From Chloroflexota bacterium (GTDB taxonomy: Bacteria > Chloroflexota > Dehalococcoidia > UBA2979): a stretch of DNA of 56,101 nucleotides. Both the position numbers and the translations under genes were made by a program. The notes beneath the pieces were generated by a model. That model saw nothing but the letters and a program-made list of their open reading frames with translations, did not search any database and had not been told where the DNA came from. How positions within the stretch are numbered: the stretch's first letter is position 1; each line of letters starts with the position of its first letter. Shown one piece after another: positions 1 through 11,383 of the stretch. The DNA is taken from assembly GCA_947470025.1 (NCBI GenBank), contig CANIRU010000004.1:1-56101 (forward strand). The letters run 5' to 3'.

Positions 1-30
1 CGACCTGCTCACCGGCACCACAGGAGCCTG

Positions 31-1689
<1,659 letters not shown>

Positions 1690-1820
1690 TCGAGCAGTCC
1701 ACGAAGCCCGCAGGTCGGGCGCGGGGCGGGCCGGGTATTCCCGGCATGAGCTCCAAGAAGAAACTCGGTACGTCGATCGTTCCTGCTGGCGGGGAGGTGC
1801 GGTCGAAGGAGTAGAGAGCC

Positions 1821-4301
1821 ATGGCTCGAACCAGGTCCCGCCGTCCCCGCGCCAGCGCACGAGGCTCCACGCCCGCCATTCCCGACATCGTCTCGCTGGG
1901 ACGCGCCGTCGCGCGACCGGAGATCATCGGCACGGCACTCGTGGTGCTCGCCGCGGCGGCGATCCCCTACCTCCTCCCGCTGACCGGCGTCTTCGGCGCG
2001 GCGCGCGATGCCCTTGTGGCGCTGTTCGGCCTGCACGTGTTCACCGTCATCGGCCTGCTCGCCGGCCTCGGCGTCCTGCTCGCGCTGCACCGGGAGTATC
2101 TGATCAAGCGGCATCGACGCCACGTGCTGGGCTTCGCTGTATTCCTCGTGTTCCTCGCCGGACTGTTCGGCCTCTGGCACCCCGCGACGCACGTTGGTGA
2201 CGTCGACCTCGCACAGACCTCCGCGGGCGGCTACCTCGGCGCGCTGATCACCTCGACGTGGTGGAGCACAGTGCTCTGGGCGGTGCTGCTGCCCGCGAGC
2301 TACGCCCTGCTCTGGCCGCGCACCGCGCAGCGCGTCGCCCGTGCGACCCCCCCCGCCGCGTGGCAGGCGATGGTTTGGACGTGGGACCTCGGTCTGCACC
2401 GCGCCGCGGGGCGCGGCGTCGTCGCGCTCCTGAACCGCGCGCGCGGACGCACCGTCGAGGCCCTCGACGCAACGGATGTCGCGGAGGAGCCCGTCCCGAT
2501 CGAGTCCGCGCGAAAGCGCAAGGCGCGTGAGGCCGAGCTGGCTGCCGCCGTCGAGGCGCTCGCCCCGCTGCCGCCCGCGCCCCCGATCACCGGCCCGACC
2601 GACCTCGAGGGTCGTCCCGTGTCGCAGCTCGGCATGGACATGGACACGCCGGTCGGCGAATGGCGCACGGCCGCCGACGGCTGGCAACTCCCGCCGCTCA
2701 AGCTGCTGAAGAAGGTCGAAACCCGCGTGAAGCACGGGCCGGACAACCAGCGCCGCGCCAACCTGATCACGCAGACGCTCGCCTCCTTCGGCGTGGACTC
2801 GGCGGTGGTCGAGATCAACGAGGGCCCGACCGTCACGCAGTTCGGCGTCGAGCCCGGCTGGGATGTGAAGACGCGCATGGTCACCGAGCGCGATGCCACC
2901 GGCCGCGCGATCCTCGACCCCACGGGCAACGCGCGCCAGAACGAGGTCGAGGTCGCCCGCACCCGCATCCGCGTGAACCGCATCACCGCGCTGCAGAACG
3001 ACCTGGCGCTCGCGCTCGCCGCGCCCGCACTGCGCATCGAGGCCCCGGTCCCCGGCAAACCGATGGTAGGCATCGAGGTGCCCAACGGGAGCACGTCGAT
3101 CGTGTCGTTGCGCGAGATCATGGAGTCGGGGCCGTACCAGACGTTCGCCGCGAAGGCTGCGCTGCCGCTGGCCCTCGGCGCAGGCGTCTCCGGCGAGCCG
3201 ATCACGGCCGACCTCGCGCGCATGCCGCACCTGCTCATCGCCGGCGCGACCGGCTCGGGCAAGTCGGTCTGCCTCAACACGATCATCACCAGCCTGCTGA
3301 TGAACTACTCGCCGGAGCAGCTGCGCTTCGTGATGGTCGACCCGAAGCGCGTCGAGTTGACGGCGTTCGGCTCGATCCCCCACCTCGCATTCTCCGAGAT
3401 CGTCGTCGAGATGGACCGCGTCGTCGGAACGTTGCAGGCGGTGATCAACGAGATGGAGAACCGCTACCGGCGCTTCGCGCAGGTGGGCGTCCGCAACATC
3501 GAGAAGTACAACGAGAAGCCCGCCAACGGCCGCGCGCTGCCCTACTGGGTCGTGGTCATCGATGAGCTCGCCGACTTGATGATCGCCGCGCCGTTCCAGG
3601 TGGAGCAGCAACTGGTGCGCCTCGCGCAGCTCGCTCGCGCGACGGGCATCCACCTCGTCGTCGCGACGCAGCGCCCGAGCGTCGATGTCATCACCGGGCT
3701 GATCAAAGCGAACTTCCCGACCCGCATCGCGTTCGCCGTGTCGTCCTCGATCGACTCGCGCACGATCCTCGACCAGGGTGGCGCGGAGAAGCTGCTCGGC
3801 AAGGGCGACATGCTGTACGTCCCGCCCGACGCGCAGAAGCCCAAGCGCGTGCAGGGCGTCTACGTCTCCGACGAGGAGATCGAGGCGGTCGTGAACTTCT
3901 GGACCGCCGACCGCTTCAAGAAGCTGCGCCCCGAGAAGTACGACACCGAGCTCGAACGAGCCCTCGAACAGGCCGACATCCTGGCGCCCGACGGCGCGGG
4001 CGGCGACGACCCGATGCTGGAAAAGGCGATCGACGTCGCACGAGGCGCGCGCACGCTGTCCACCTCGATGCTGCAGCGGAAGCTCGGCATCGGCTACCCG
4101 CGCGCCGCGCGCGTGATGGACCTGCTCGAGGAGCGCGGGGTCGTCGGCCCCGGCGAGTCAGGCGGCAAGCCACGCAACGTGCTGATCGACGAGGACGGTG
4201 CCGTGGGCGGCATCGACGCCGCGGAATCGAGCCTGGCAGCGCACGCCGCTGCCTTCGTCCCGCGCAAGGACCCACCGAAGCCCTTCGACGCCGACGAGTA
4301 G
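1821..4301 (+). CDS. ftsK: DNA translocase FtsK/SpoIIIE
   Basis: N-terminal TM helices; MPHLLIAGATGSGKS Walker A; VVIDELADLM Walker B; ATQRPSVDVITGLIKAN; gamma domain STSMLQRKLGIGYPRAAR. Confidence 0.97.
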   Translation: MARTRSRRPRASARGSTPAIPDIVSLGRAVARPEIIGTALVVLAAAAIPYLLPLTGVFGAARDALVALFGLHVFTVIGLLAGLGVLLALHREYLIKRHRRHVLGFAVFLVFLAGLFGLWHPATHVGDVDLAQTSAGGYLGALITSTWWSTVLWAVLLPASYALLWPRTAQRVARATPPAAWQAMVWTWDLGLHRAAGRGVVALLNRARGRTVEALDATDVAEEPVPIESARKRKAREAELAAAVEALAPLPPAPPITGPTDLEGRPVSQLGMDMDTPVGEWRTAADGWQLPPLKLLKKVETRVKHGPDNQRRANLITQTLASFGVDSAVVEINEGPTVTQFGVEPGWDVKTRMVTERDATGRAILDPTGNARQNEVEVARTRIRVNRITALQNDLALALAAPALRIEAPVPGKPMVGIEVPNGSTSIVSLREIMESGPYQTFAAKAALPLALGAGVSGEPITADLARMPHLLIAGATGSGKSVCLNTIITSLLMNYSPEQLRFVMVDPKRVELTAFGSIPHLAFSEIVVEMDRVVGTLQAVINEMENRYRRFAQVGVRNIEKYNEKPANGRALPYWVVVIDELADLMIAAPFQVEQQLVRLAQLARATGIHLVVATQRPSVDVITGLIKANFPTRIAFAVSSSIDSRTILDQGGAEKLLGKGDMLYVPPDAQKPKRVQGVYVSDEEIEAVVNFWTADRFKKLRPEKYDTELERALEQADILAPDGAGGDDPMLEKAIDVARGARTLSTSMLQRKLGIGYPRAARVMDLLEERGVVGPGESGGKPRNVLIDEDGAVGGIDAAESSLAAHAAAFVPRKDPPKPFDADE

Positions 4302-4331
4302 CGGCAGCTACCAAACGCCGCCCGCGCCTGC

Positions 4332-5351
4332 CTACGTCTGCAGGCACCAGTTGCGGTCGTCGACGAGCGCGTTGTACGTCGGCACCAGCGCGTTGTAGCG
4401 CGCGGGCTGCGACGACCGCAGCGACGCCAGCGTCGAGGCCAGCGAGCCGACCTGCTGCTCGAGCGGGGCGCAGGCGGCCTTGATGCGCGCGGCGTCCTCC
4501 TCGTGGAAGCGGTCCTGCGCGCGGCGCTCGGCGTTGGTCATCTGCTGCACGGCGCCGTTGATCGTCTTCTTCAGCGCATCGCAGGTCGGCTCCGGCGGCA
4601 ACGCCTTCAACGTGCTCGCGAGATCCTCGAGGTGCTCACGCCGGATCTGCACGTGCCGTTCCTCGTGGACGCGAACGGCCTCGGTGAAGCGAGCGACCTT
4701 CGCTTCGAGATCCGCCGATCGGGCTGCCGGCGCGGGCTTCGGCAGCGTGATGACGATGGTGTTCTCGAAGCTCATGACGTCGAGCGCGCACCCGCCGTCG
4801 ATCTGCACCGTGCGCACGTCCTGCTTCCGCGTCCCGAAGGTCGTCAGTCCCGAGACCGGCGTGCTCGACTCGCCGTCGGTGAGCCCGTTGCGGCGGACCG
4901 AGGCGAACAGGGCGCGCGAGTCGGCCCCCTCGAGCGCATACGAGTCGCGTGACTCCGGCATGTCGATGACGACCGATGGGCCCACCTTGATCTCGGAGGA
5001 GACAGCGGCGCGGCTCGTGCGCTCCGCGGCTATGGCGGTGACGCGGACGGCGATCGCGTCGCCTCGGTCGCCCCGCCCCACCTGGCGCAGCTCGAGCGTC
5101 TGGTCTGAGGCACCCGGGATGTCCTTGCCGTTGCGCGTCCACTGGTAGGCGTAGGTCAGCTCCGCGTTGCGCGGGTCATGCGCGACGACGCGGGCGGTCG
5201 CCCGGCTGGTCGAGTCGAGCACGGCAGGCTCGATGCTCACCGAGTCGACGGCGGGCGGCGGCTCGAAGTACCCGCACGCGGCGCCGGCCAGCACGACCCC
5301 GGCGAGGAACGCCGCCCCGCCGATCCTCGATCGGACGAGGCGTGACAGCAC
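4332..5351 (-). CDS. Exported (possibly lipo-)protein with Ig-like N-domain and DUF922-like HEXXH zinc-peptidase domain
   Basis: Signal-like N-terminus ending LAGAAC; beta-rich LTYAYQWTRNGKDIPGA segment; VRVHEERHVQI motif followed by PTCDAL. Confidence 0.6.
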   Translation of the reverse strand: MLSRLVRSRIGGAAFLAGVVLAGAACGYFEPPPAVDSVSIEPAVLDSTSRATARVVAHDPRNAELTYAYQWTRNGKDIPGASDQTLELRQVGRGDRGDAIAVRVTAIAAERTSRAAVSSEIKVGPSVVIDMPESRDSYALEGADSRALFASVRRNGLTDGESSTPVSGLTTFGTRKQDVRTVQIDGGCALDVMSFENTIVITLPKPAPAARSADLEAKVARFTEAVRVHEERHVQIRREHLEDLASTLKALPPEPTCDALKKTINGAVQQMTNAERRAQDRFHEEDAARIKAACAPLEQQVGSLASTLASLRSSQPARYNALVPTYNALVDDRNWCLQT

Positions 5352-7481
5352 CTAGTTGTGACCGCGGTGGGTGCGGCCACCTCGGGCGGCACGCTTGTCG
5401 GGGCGGCGGGTCTGCGTGGAGAGCGACTGGAGCGCGGGGGACGCCTCGACGCCCTGCTGCTCGCGGCGCAACTCGACGACCTGGTCGCGGAGCAACGCGG
5501 CGCGCTCGAAGTCGAGCTCCTTCGCCGCCGTCTTCATCTGGCGCTCGAGCTCCATGATCATCCGCACGAGCTCGTCCTTTGGCAGATCGGCAGCGGTCGT
5601 ATAGGTCGCGGGCTCCTCGGCGACCTGTCGCAGCCGGTCACCGATGTCGCGGATCGTCTTCTGGATGCCGAGCGGCGTGATCCCGTGCTCCTCGTTGTAC
5701 GCGCGCTGGATCGTGCGGCGGCGCTCCGTCTCGTCCAGCGCGTATCGCATCGAGTCGGTAATGCGGTCGGCGTACATGATGACGCGGCCGAGCGGGTGCC
5801 GTGCGGCGCGCCCCATCGTCTGGATCAACGAGCCACCCGACCGGAGGTAGCCCTCCTTGTCGGCGTCGAGGATGCAGACCAACGACACCTCCGGCAGGTC
5901 GAGACCCTCGCGCAGCAGATTGATGCCGACGATCACGTCGTACACGCCGAGCCGCAGGTCGCGCAGGATGTCGATGCGCTCCAGCGTGTCGATCTCGGAG
6001 TGCAGGTACATGGACTTCACGCCCATCTCTTGCAGGTAGTCGTTCAGGTCCTCGGACATCTTCTTGGTCAGCGTCGTGAGCAGCGTGCGCTCGTTGCGCT
6101 TGACCCGCTCCTGGATCTCCGCGAGCAGGTCGTCGATCTGCCCCTTCGTCGGCCGCACCTCGACCTCGGGATCGAGGATGCCCGTGGGGCGGATGACCTG
6201 CTGCACGATCTGCGTCGAGACGTTCAGCTCGTAGGGGCCGGGCGTCGCCGAGAAGAAGATCACCTGGTTGATGTGGTTCTCGATCTCGTCGAAGCGCAGC
6301 GGGCGGTTGTCCATCGCGCTCGGGAGGCGGAAGCCGTACTCGACCAGCGTGGTCTTGCGGGCGCGGTCGCCCTCGAACATGCCGCGTGCCTGCGGCATCG
6401 CGATGTGCGACTCGTCGACGAACAGCAGCCAGTCGTCGGAGAAGTAGTCGAGCAGCGTCCACGGCGTCGACCCCGGCTCGCGCCCGGCGAGGTGCCTCGA
6501 ATAGTTCTCGATGCCGGAGCAGTACCCCACCTCGCGCAGCGTCTCGAGGTCGTACTTCGTACGCTCCTCGAGCCGTGCGGCCTCGATGATCTTGCCCTGG
6601 CTGCGGAACTCCGCGAGGCGTGCGTCCAGCTCGTCCTGGATCGAGACGATCGCTCGCTCCATGTGGTCCTCGGACGTCACGAAGTGCTTTGCCGGGTAGA
6701 TCGCCGTCTGGTCCGTCTCGCCGAGGATCTCGCCGGTCAGCGGGTCGAGCGTCGCGATGCGCTCGATCTCGTCACCGAAGAAGTCGACGCGGATCGCCAG
6801 GTCCTCGTACGCCGGGTGGATCGTGATCGAGTCGCCGCGCACACGGAAGGTGCCACGGATCAGGTTCATGTCGTTGCGGCCGTACTGCATCGCGACCAGC
6901 TGCCGCACCAGCGAGTTGCGGTTCACGTGCCGCCCTTTGAACAGGTACGCCACGAACGACTGGTACTCGCCCGGCTCGCCAAGGCCGTAGATGCAGGAGA
7001 TCGAGGCGACGATGATCGTGTCGCGCCGCTCGAAGAGCGCCTTCGTCGCGGCGTGGCGGAGCTTGTCGATCTCCTCGTTGATGTCCGCGTCCTTGGCGAT
7101 GTAGGTGTCGCTGCGCGGGATGTACGCCTCGGGCTGGTAGTAGTCGTAGTACGAGACGAAGTACTCGACCTCGTTGCGCGGGAAGAACTCGCGGAACTCC
7201 TGCGCCAGCTGCGCCGCCAGCGTGCGGTTCGGCGCGAGCACCAGCGTCGGCCGCTGGTACTGTTGGATGATGTTCGCCATCGCGAACGTCTTGCCGGTAC
7301 CCGTCGCGCCGAGGAGCGTCTGCGCCCGCTCGCCGCGTCGCAACCCCTCGACGAGGCCGGCGACCGCCGTCGGCTGGTCGCCCGTCATCTGGAAGTCGGA
7401 CACCAGCTCGAATGGCTTGGCGATGAGCGGCGGGCGCTCAGATGGCGTCGGCTGGCCAGGCGCTTGGTCGATCGTGGTCAC
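5352..7481 (-). CDS. uvrB: Excinuclease ABC subunit B
   Basis: [51 protein letters not shown]-terminal UVR domain [15 protein letters not shown]. Confidence 0.98.
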   Translation of the reverse strand: MTTIDQAPGQPTPSERPPLIAKPFELVSDFQMTGDQPTAVAGLVEGLRRGERAQTLLGATGTGKTFAMANIIQQYQRPTLVLAPNRTLAAQLAQEFREFFPRNEVEYFVSYYDYYQPEAYIPRSDTYIAKDADINEEIDKLRHAATKALFERRDTIIVASISCIYGLGEPGEYQSFVAYLFKGRHVNRNSLVRQLVAMQYGRNDMNLIRGTFRVRGDSITIHPAYEDLAIRVDFFGDEIERIATLDPLTGEILGETDQTAIYPAKHFVTSEDHMERAIVSIQDELDARLAEFRSQGKIIEAARLEERTKYDLETLREVGYCSGIENYSRHLAGREPGSTPWTLLDYFSDDWLLFVDESHIAMPQARGMFEGDRARKTTLVEYGFRLPSAMDNRPLRFDEIENHINQVIFFSATPGPYELNVSTQIVQQVIRPTGILDPEVEVRPTKGQIDDLLAEIQERVKRNERTLLTTLTKKMSEDLNDYLQEMGVKSMYLHSEIDTLERIDILRDLRLGVYDVIVGINLLREGLDLPEVSLVCILDADKEGYLRSGGSLIQTMGRAARHPLGRVIMYADRITDSMRYALDETERRRTIQRAYNEEHGITPLGIQKTIRDIGDRLRQVAEEPATYTTAADLPKDELVRMIMELERQMKTAAKELDFERAALLRDQVVELRREQQGVEASPALQSLSTQTRRPDKRAARGGRTHRGHN

Positions 7482-7503
7482 GGGGCGCTCCTGCTGCCCT
7501 CCC

Positions 7504-7542
7504 AGTGTACCTCGATCGCCGGTCAGTTAGCACACCCGTTCT
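7504..7542 (-). promoter_or_regulatory. uvrB promoter: -10 TACACT with LexA (SOS) box over the -35 region
   Basis: Minus strand reads AGAAC-GGGT-GTGCT (7529-7542), one mismatch to AGAAC-N4-GTTCT; TACACT at 7504-7509. Confidence 0.7.
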
Positions 7543-7558
7543 GTGACGACGGAGCGTG

Positions 7559-8353
7559 CTACGCCGAGGGTTGAGTGACCTCGACCGAGCCGGTGGGCGT
7601 CCAGCGGTGCACGCGGTTCTTGCCGGCGGACTTGGCGGCGTAGAGCGCGCGGTCGGCGCGCTTCACCAGCTCCGTTTCGTTCTGCGTCTCCTCGACGGGC
7701 CCGGAGGCGGTGCCGACGGAGATCGTGACGCGATAGGCGGGCTGACCGGCAGGCGGGAACTCGCCGGAGCGGTACTCGAGGCCCTCGATCGCCCGGCGGA
7801 GCTTCTCGGCGACGGCTGCCGCGCCATCCTCGTTCGTCTCGGGGAGCATGATCACGAACTCCTCGCCGCCGTAGCGGGCGACGACGTCCGAGTCGCGCGT
7901 CTGATCCGCGAGCGTGCGCGCCGTCGCGGTCAGCACGTAGTCGCCGAAGACGTGGCCGCCCTCGTCGTTCACGCGCTTGAAGTCGTCGATGTCGATCATC
8001 ACCACGGAGAGATCACGCCCGTAGCGCTGCGCGCGGCGGAACTCCGCGCTCAACACCGCGAAGAACGCTCGACGGTTCCGTAGGCCGGTCAGCGGGTCGA
8101 TGGTCGCGAGGCGCTCGAGCTCTGCCGTCACGACGCGCAGGTCGGTCGTAATCGAGATCAGCCGCCGCTCGCGCACGATGCCGTCTCGGTTGACGAGCAC
8201 GAGCTGGGACGCCAGCCCCGCGATCAACGCGAGCCCGGTGAGGGTGATCCCGCGGTCGCGCGGAATCGCATCGGTGAACGCGAGGACGAGGATCAGCGTC
8301 GCGGCGACTACGCCGGAGATCAGCGGCCACGACTGGCGCAGGCGGTAGTTCAC
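7559..8353 (-). CDS. Membrane-anchored diguanylate cyclase (GGDEF)
   Basis: Two TM helices; DPLTGLRNRR; DIDDFKRVND; I-site RDSD then ARYGGEEF; ALYAAKSAGKNRV. GTG start at 8353 chosen because the longer ORF overlaps ruvA. Confidence 0.92.
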   Translation of the reverse strand: MNYRLRQSWPLISGVVAATLILVLAFTDAIPRDRGITLTGLALIAGLASQLVLVNRDGIVRERRLISITTDLRVVTAELERLATIDPLTGLRNRRAFFAVLSAEFRRAQRYGRDLSVVMIDIDDFKRVNDEGGHVFGDYVLTATARTLADQTRDSDVVARYGGEEFVIMLPETNEDGAAAVAEKLRRAIEGLEYRSGEFPPAGQPAYRVTISVGTASGPVEETQNETELVKRADRALYAAKSAGKNRVHRWTPTGSVEVTQPSA

Positions 8354-8375
8354 GCCTCGACTGCCCCCTCGTGCA

Positions 8376-9011
8376 TCAGCGAGGCGCCGGCGACTGCTGT
8401 TCGAGGACGACGCGGATGAGGTCCTCGAGCGCGTCGAGGCCGGGGTTGGCGCGCATCGCCTCCATGACGGCGCGCTCCGCCTCGCGGCGGGTGTACTGGA
8501 GCGCGACGAGCGCCTCGATGGCGTCTTCGCGGACGCCCGACCGGTCGCCGCCGCCCGAGGATGCGCGGCCCGCGGTCGCGGCGGGGAGTGCATCGAGCAT
8601 CAGCTTGCCGGCGAGCTGCGCGACGATCGTCTGCGAGAGGCGCTGGCCGATGCCGGGCAGTTGCTGAATCGCCTTCACGTCCTCCGCCTCGATCCAGCCG
8701 GCGATCTCGGCGACCGGAAACGTCAGCGCGCGCACCGCCTTCACCGGGCCGACGTCCGGCACCTCGATGAACTTGCGGAAGAAGTCGCGCGCAGCGAGGT
8801 CCGGGAAGCCGATGATCAATGGCTGCGGCGTGCGCTCCGAGACGTGGTAGTAGGTGTAGATCAGCGTGTCGGGTACGTCGCGCACGGAGTCGATCCACTC
8901 CGCGGCGAAGGCGGGGATGCGCACCTCGTACGTGACGCCCTGCACCTCGATCCAGGCGATTGAGGTGGTGTCATCCCAGTGCGTGACGGTGCCGCGCAGC
9001 GCGGCGATCAT
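8376..9011 (-). CDS. ruvA: Holliday junction DNA-binding protein RuvA
   Basis: MIAALRGTV; HhH motifs VPDVGPVKA and LPGIGQRLS; C-terminal DAIEALVALQYTRREAERAV. Confidence 0.93.
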   Translation of the reverse strand: MIAALRGTVTHWDDTTSIAWIEVQGVTYEVRIPAFAAEWIDSVRDVPDTLIYTYYHVSERTPQPLIIGFPDLAARDFFRKFIEVPDVGPVKAVRALTFPVAEIAGWIEAEDVKAIQQLPGIGQRLSQTIVAQLAGKLMLDALPAATAGRASSGGGDRSGVREDAIEALVALQYTRREAERAVMEAMRANPGLDALEDLIRVVLEQQSPAPR

Positions 9012-9018
9012 GCGCGCA

Positions 9019-9573
9019 TCATCGGCGCGCCATCGCGATCTCCATGCGGGCGTCGGCGATCCGCGCGAGGGCGATCGCGATCGCGTCGGTGACGTCGGTG
9101 GGCCCGTCCACCTCGGTCAGCCCGAGGGCGATGAGCACCATCTGCGCGACTTGCTGCTTCGGCGCGCCGCCCCAGCCGGTGACGGACTCTTTCACGGATG
9201 CCGGCGGGAACTCAAACACGGGGAGCCCGGAGATCGAGGCGGCGACCATGACGGCCGCGCGCGCCTCGCCGACGACCATTGCGCTGCGCACGTTGTCGCC
9301 GACGTACTGCTGCTCGATGGCGACCTCGTGCGGCTGGTACTCGGCGATGAGGGCGCGCGTCGCGTCGAAGATGCGGCCGAGGCGGTCGGCGCGCGGCATC
9401 TTCGTCGTGGACTTCACCGTGCCGCTGGTGACCAGCCCGCCGCCCTGCCCGCGCTCGTCGACGATCGCGTAGCCGGTCACGGCGAGGCCGGGGTCGACTC
9501 CGAGGACCCGGAGGGGGAGTCCAGATGGTCGAGGCGCGGCTAGGCTAGGCGTCGGAGGGCGGGGTTCAGACAC
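9019..9573 (-). CDS. ruvC: Holliday junction resolvase RuvC
   Basis: VLGVDPGLAVTGY, VAIEQ, VKESVTGWGGAPKQQV, DVTDAIAIAL. Confidence 0.95.
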   Translation of the reverse strand: MSEPRPPTPSLAAPRPSGLPLRVLGVDPGLAVTGYAIVDERGQGGGLVTSGTVKSTTKMPRADRLGRIFDATRALIAEYQPHEVAIEQQYVGDNVRSAMVVGEARAAVMVAASISGLPVFEFPPASVKESVTGWGGAPKQQVAQMVLIALGLTEVDGPTDVTDAIAIALARIADARMEIAMARR

Positions 9574-9595
9574 TCGCGCCTCCCTGCGCGGCAGG

Positions 9596-10345
9596 CTAGC
9601 CTGCCAGCGCCTCCATGACTTCGTCGTCGATCTCGGCGTTCGAATACACGCGCGACACGTCGTCGAGGTCCTCGAGCCAGTCGAAGAGCTTGAGCGCGGT
9701 CGCGGCCTGCTTCTCCTCGAGGTGCACCTTGTTCTGCGGCACCTTCGCCAACTCCGCGCTGTCGATGACGAACTTCGCCTCTTCGAGGGCGGCGCGCACC
9801 ACGTGCAGGTCGCCCGGCTCGGTGTAGACCTCGACGAGGCCGTCCGAGACGTCGACGTCGAGCGCGCCGGCCTCGATGGCCGCGAGCTGCACCTCGTCGG
9901 GATCGGCTTTCGTGGTGTCGACGGCGATCACGCCGCGGTTGTCGAACTGCCACGACACGGCGCCGTTGTCGGCCAGCGTCCCGCCATTGCGGGAGAACGC
10001 CATGCGGAGGTCGGCGACGGTGCGGTTCTTGTTGTCCGTGACGACCTGCACGATGACGGCCGTGCCGCCCGGGCCGTAGCCCTCGTACTGGACTTCCTGG
10101 AGCAGGTCAGCGTCGCCGCCGCCAGTGGCGCGATCGATCGCGCGCTTCACGTTGTCATTCGGCATGTTCGCCTGCTTCGCCTTCTGGATGGCGAGGCGGA
10201 GCGAGGGGTTCATCTCGGGGTTGGGGTCGCCGTTACGAGCCGCCATCGTGATGTCACGGGCGATCTTCGTGAAGGCCTGCCCCTTCTTGGCGTCGGTGGC
10301 AGCCTTCTTGTGCTTGATGGACGACCATTTGGAGTGACCGGACAC
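9596..10345 (-). CDS. yebC: YebC/PmpR family protein
   Basis: (M)SGHSKWSSIKHKK, YEGYGPGG, TDNKNRT, LEDLDDVSRVYSN; GTG start at 10345. Confidence 0.96.
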   Translation of the reverse strand: MSGHSKWSSIKHKKAATDAKKGQAFTKIARDITMAARNGDPNPEMNPSLRLAIQKAKQANMPNDNVKRAIDRATGGGDADLLQEVQYEGYGPGGTAVIVQVVTDNKNRTVADLRMAFSRNGGTLADNGAVSWQFDNRGVIAVDTTKADPDEVQLAAIEAGALDVDVSDGLVEVYTEPGDLHVVRAALEEAKFVIDSAELAKVPQNKVHLEEKQAATALKLFDWLEDLDDVSRVYSNAEIDDEVMEALAG

Positions 10346-10473
10346 GCGCTGTCTCCCCTGCTCACGCACTCAACCGCGTCGCGCCTCGACGGCTGCGCCA
10401 CGGATTCACGGCCCTCATGCTACCAGCGTTCAGCCGCACCCGGAACGGGCACCCTGTTGCACGCCACCACGTG

Positions 10474-11340
10474 CTAGGGCGTCAGCAAAATGTTGTCGAT
10501 GAGGCGAGTCGCGCCGAAGCGCACCGCCAGCGACAGCAGTGCGGGCGCGCCGACCGCGCCCCGCAGCTCGTCGAGGGTGCCTTGGTTTGCCAGCGAGACG
10601 TAGTCGACGTTCGCCAGCGGCTGCGCCTCGATCTCGTCGAGAACGCGGCGGCGGAGCGAGTCTGCGTCGCGCACGCCGTCCTGCCACGCCGCCTCGGCGG
10701 CGCGCAGGCCACGCGAGAGCGAGAGCGCCTGCTCGCGCTCCTCCGGCGAGAGGTAGACGTTGCGCGACGACAGCGCGAGGCCGTCCGGCTCGCGGATGAT
10801 CGGGCAGCCAACGACCTCGGTCGGGATGCGGAGGTCCTCGGCGAGTCGGCGGATCACCATCAGTTGCTGCGCGTCCTTCTGCCCGAAGTAGCCGCGGTCG
10901 GCCTGCGCGATCGAGAAGAGCTTGGTGACGACCGTGGCGACGCCGTCGAAGTGCCCCGGCCGCGCGGCGCCCTCGAGGACGGTCGAGAGGCGACCGACGC
11001 TCACCGTCGTCTCGGCACCCGCGGGGTACATCTCCTCGACCCTGGGGGCGAAGACGATGTCCACGCCCTCCGCCTCGCAGATGGCGAAGTCACGCGCCTC
11101 GTCGCGGGGATATCGCGTGAAGTCCTCGTTCGGGCCGAACTGCGTCGGATTCACGAAGATCGTCGTCGCGACGATTGCGCAGTCAGCGCGCGCGCAACGC
11201 ATCAGGGAGCGATGTCCCTCGTGGAGGTAGCCCATCGTCGGCACGACGCCAACGAGGCCCGGCCGACCCTCGACAGCACGGGCAGCAAGCAGCGCGGCAC
11301 GGTGCGCGCGGTACTCGGCGATGGTGCGTGCAATCTGCAT
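10474..11340 (-). CDS. panC: Pantoate--beta-alanine ligase
   Basis: VPTMGYLHEGH, IFVNPTQF, RPGHFDGVATVV, FGQKDAQQ, REPDGLALSSRN, TRLIDN. Confidence 0.97.
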   Translation of the reverse strand: MQIARTIAEYRAHRAALLAARAVEGRPGLVGVVPTMGYLHEGHRSLMRCARADCAIVATTIFVNPTQFGPNEDFTRYPRDEARDFAICEAEGVDIVFAPRVEEMYPAGAETTVSVGRLSTVLEGAARPGHFDGVATVVTKLFSIAQADRGYFGQKDAQQLMVIRRLAEDLRIPTEVVGCPIIREPDGLALSSRNVYLSPEEREQALSLSRGLRAAEAAWQDGVRDADSLRRRVLDEIEAQPLANVDYVSLANQGTLDELRGAVGAPALLSLAVRFGATRLIDNILLTP

Positions 11341-11383
11341 GGGCGGGTCGACGCCTCCGGATCGGCAGTGAAGCAGTGCGCGA

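Noticed and set aside
1746-1814. 22-codon ORF MSSKKKLGTSIVPAGGEVRSKE just upstream of ftsK
   Set aside because: No SD or recognisable similarity; cannot be supported from sequence alone.
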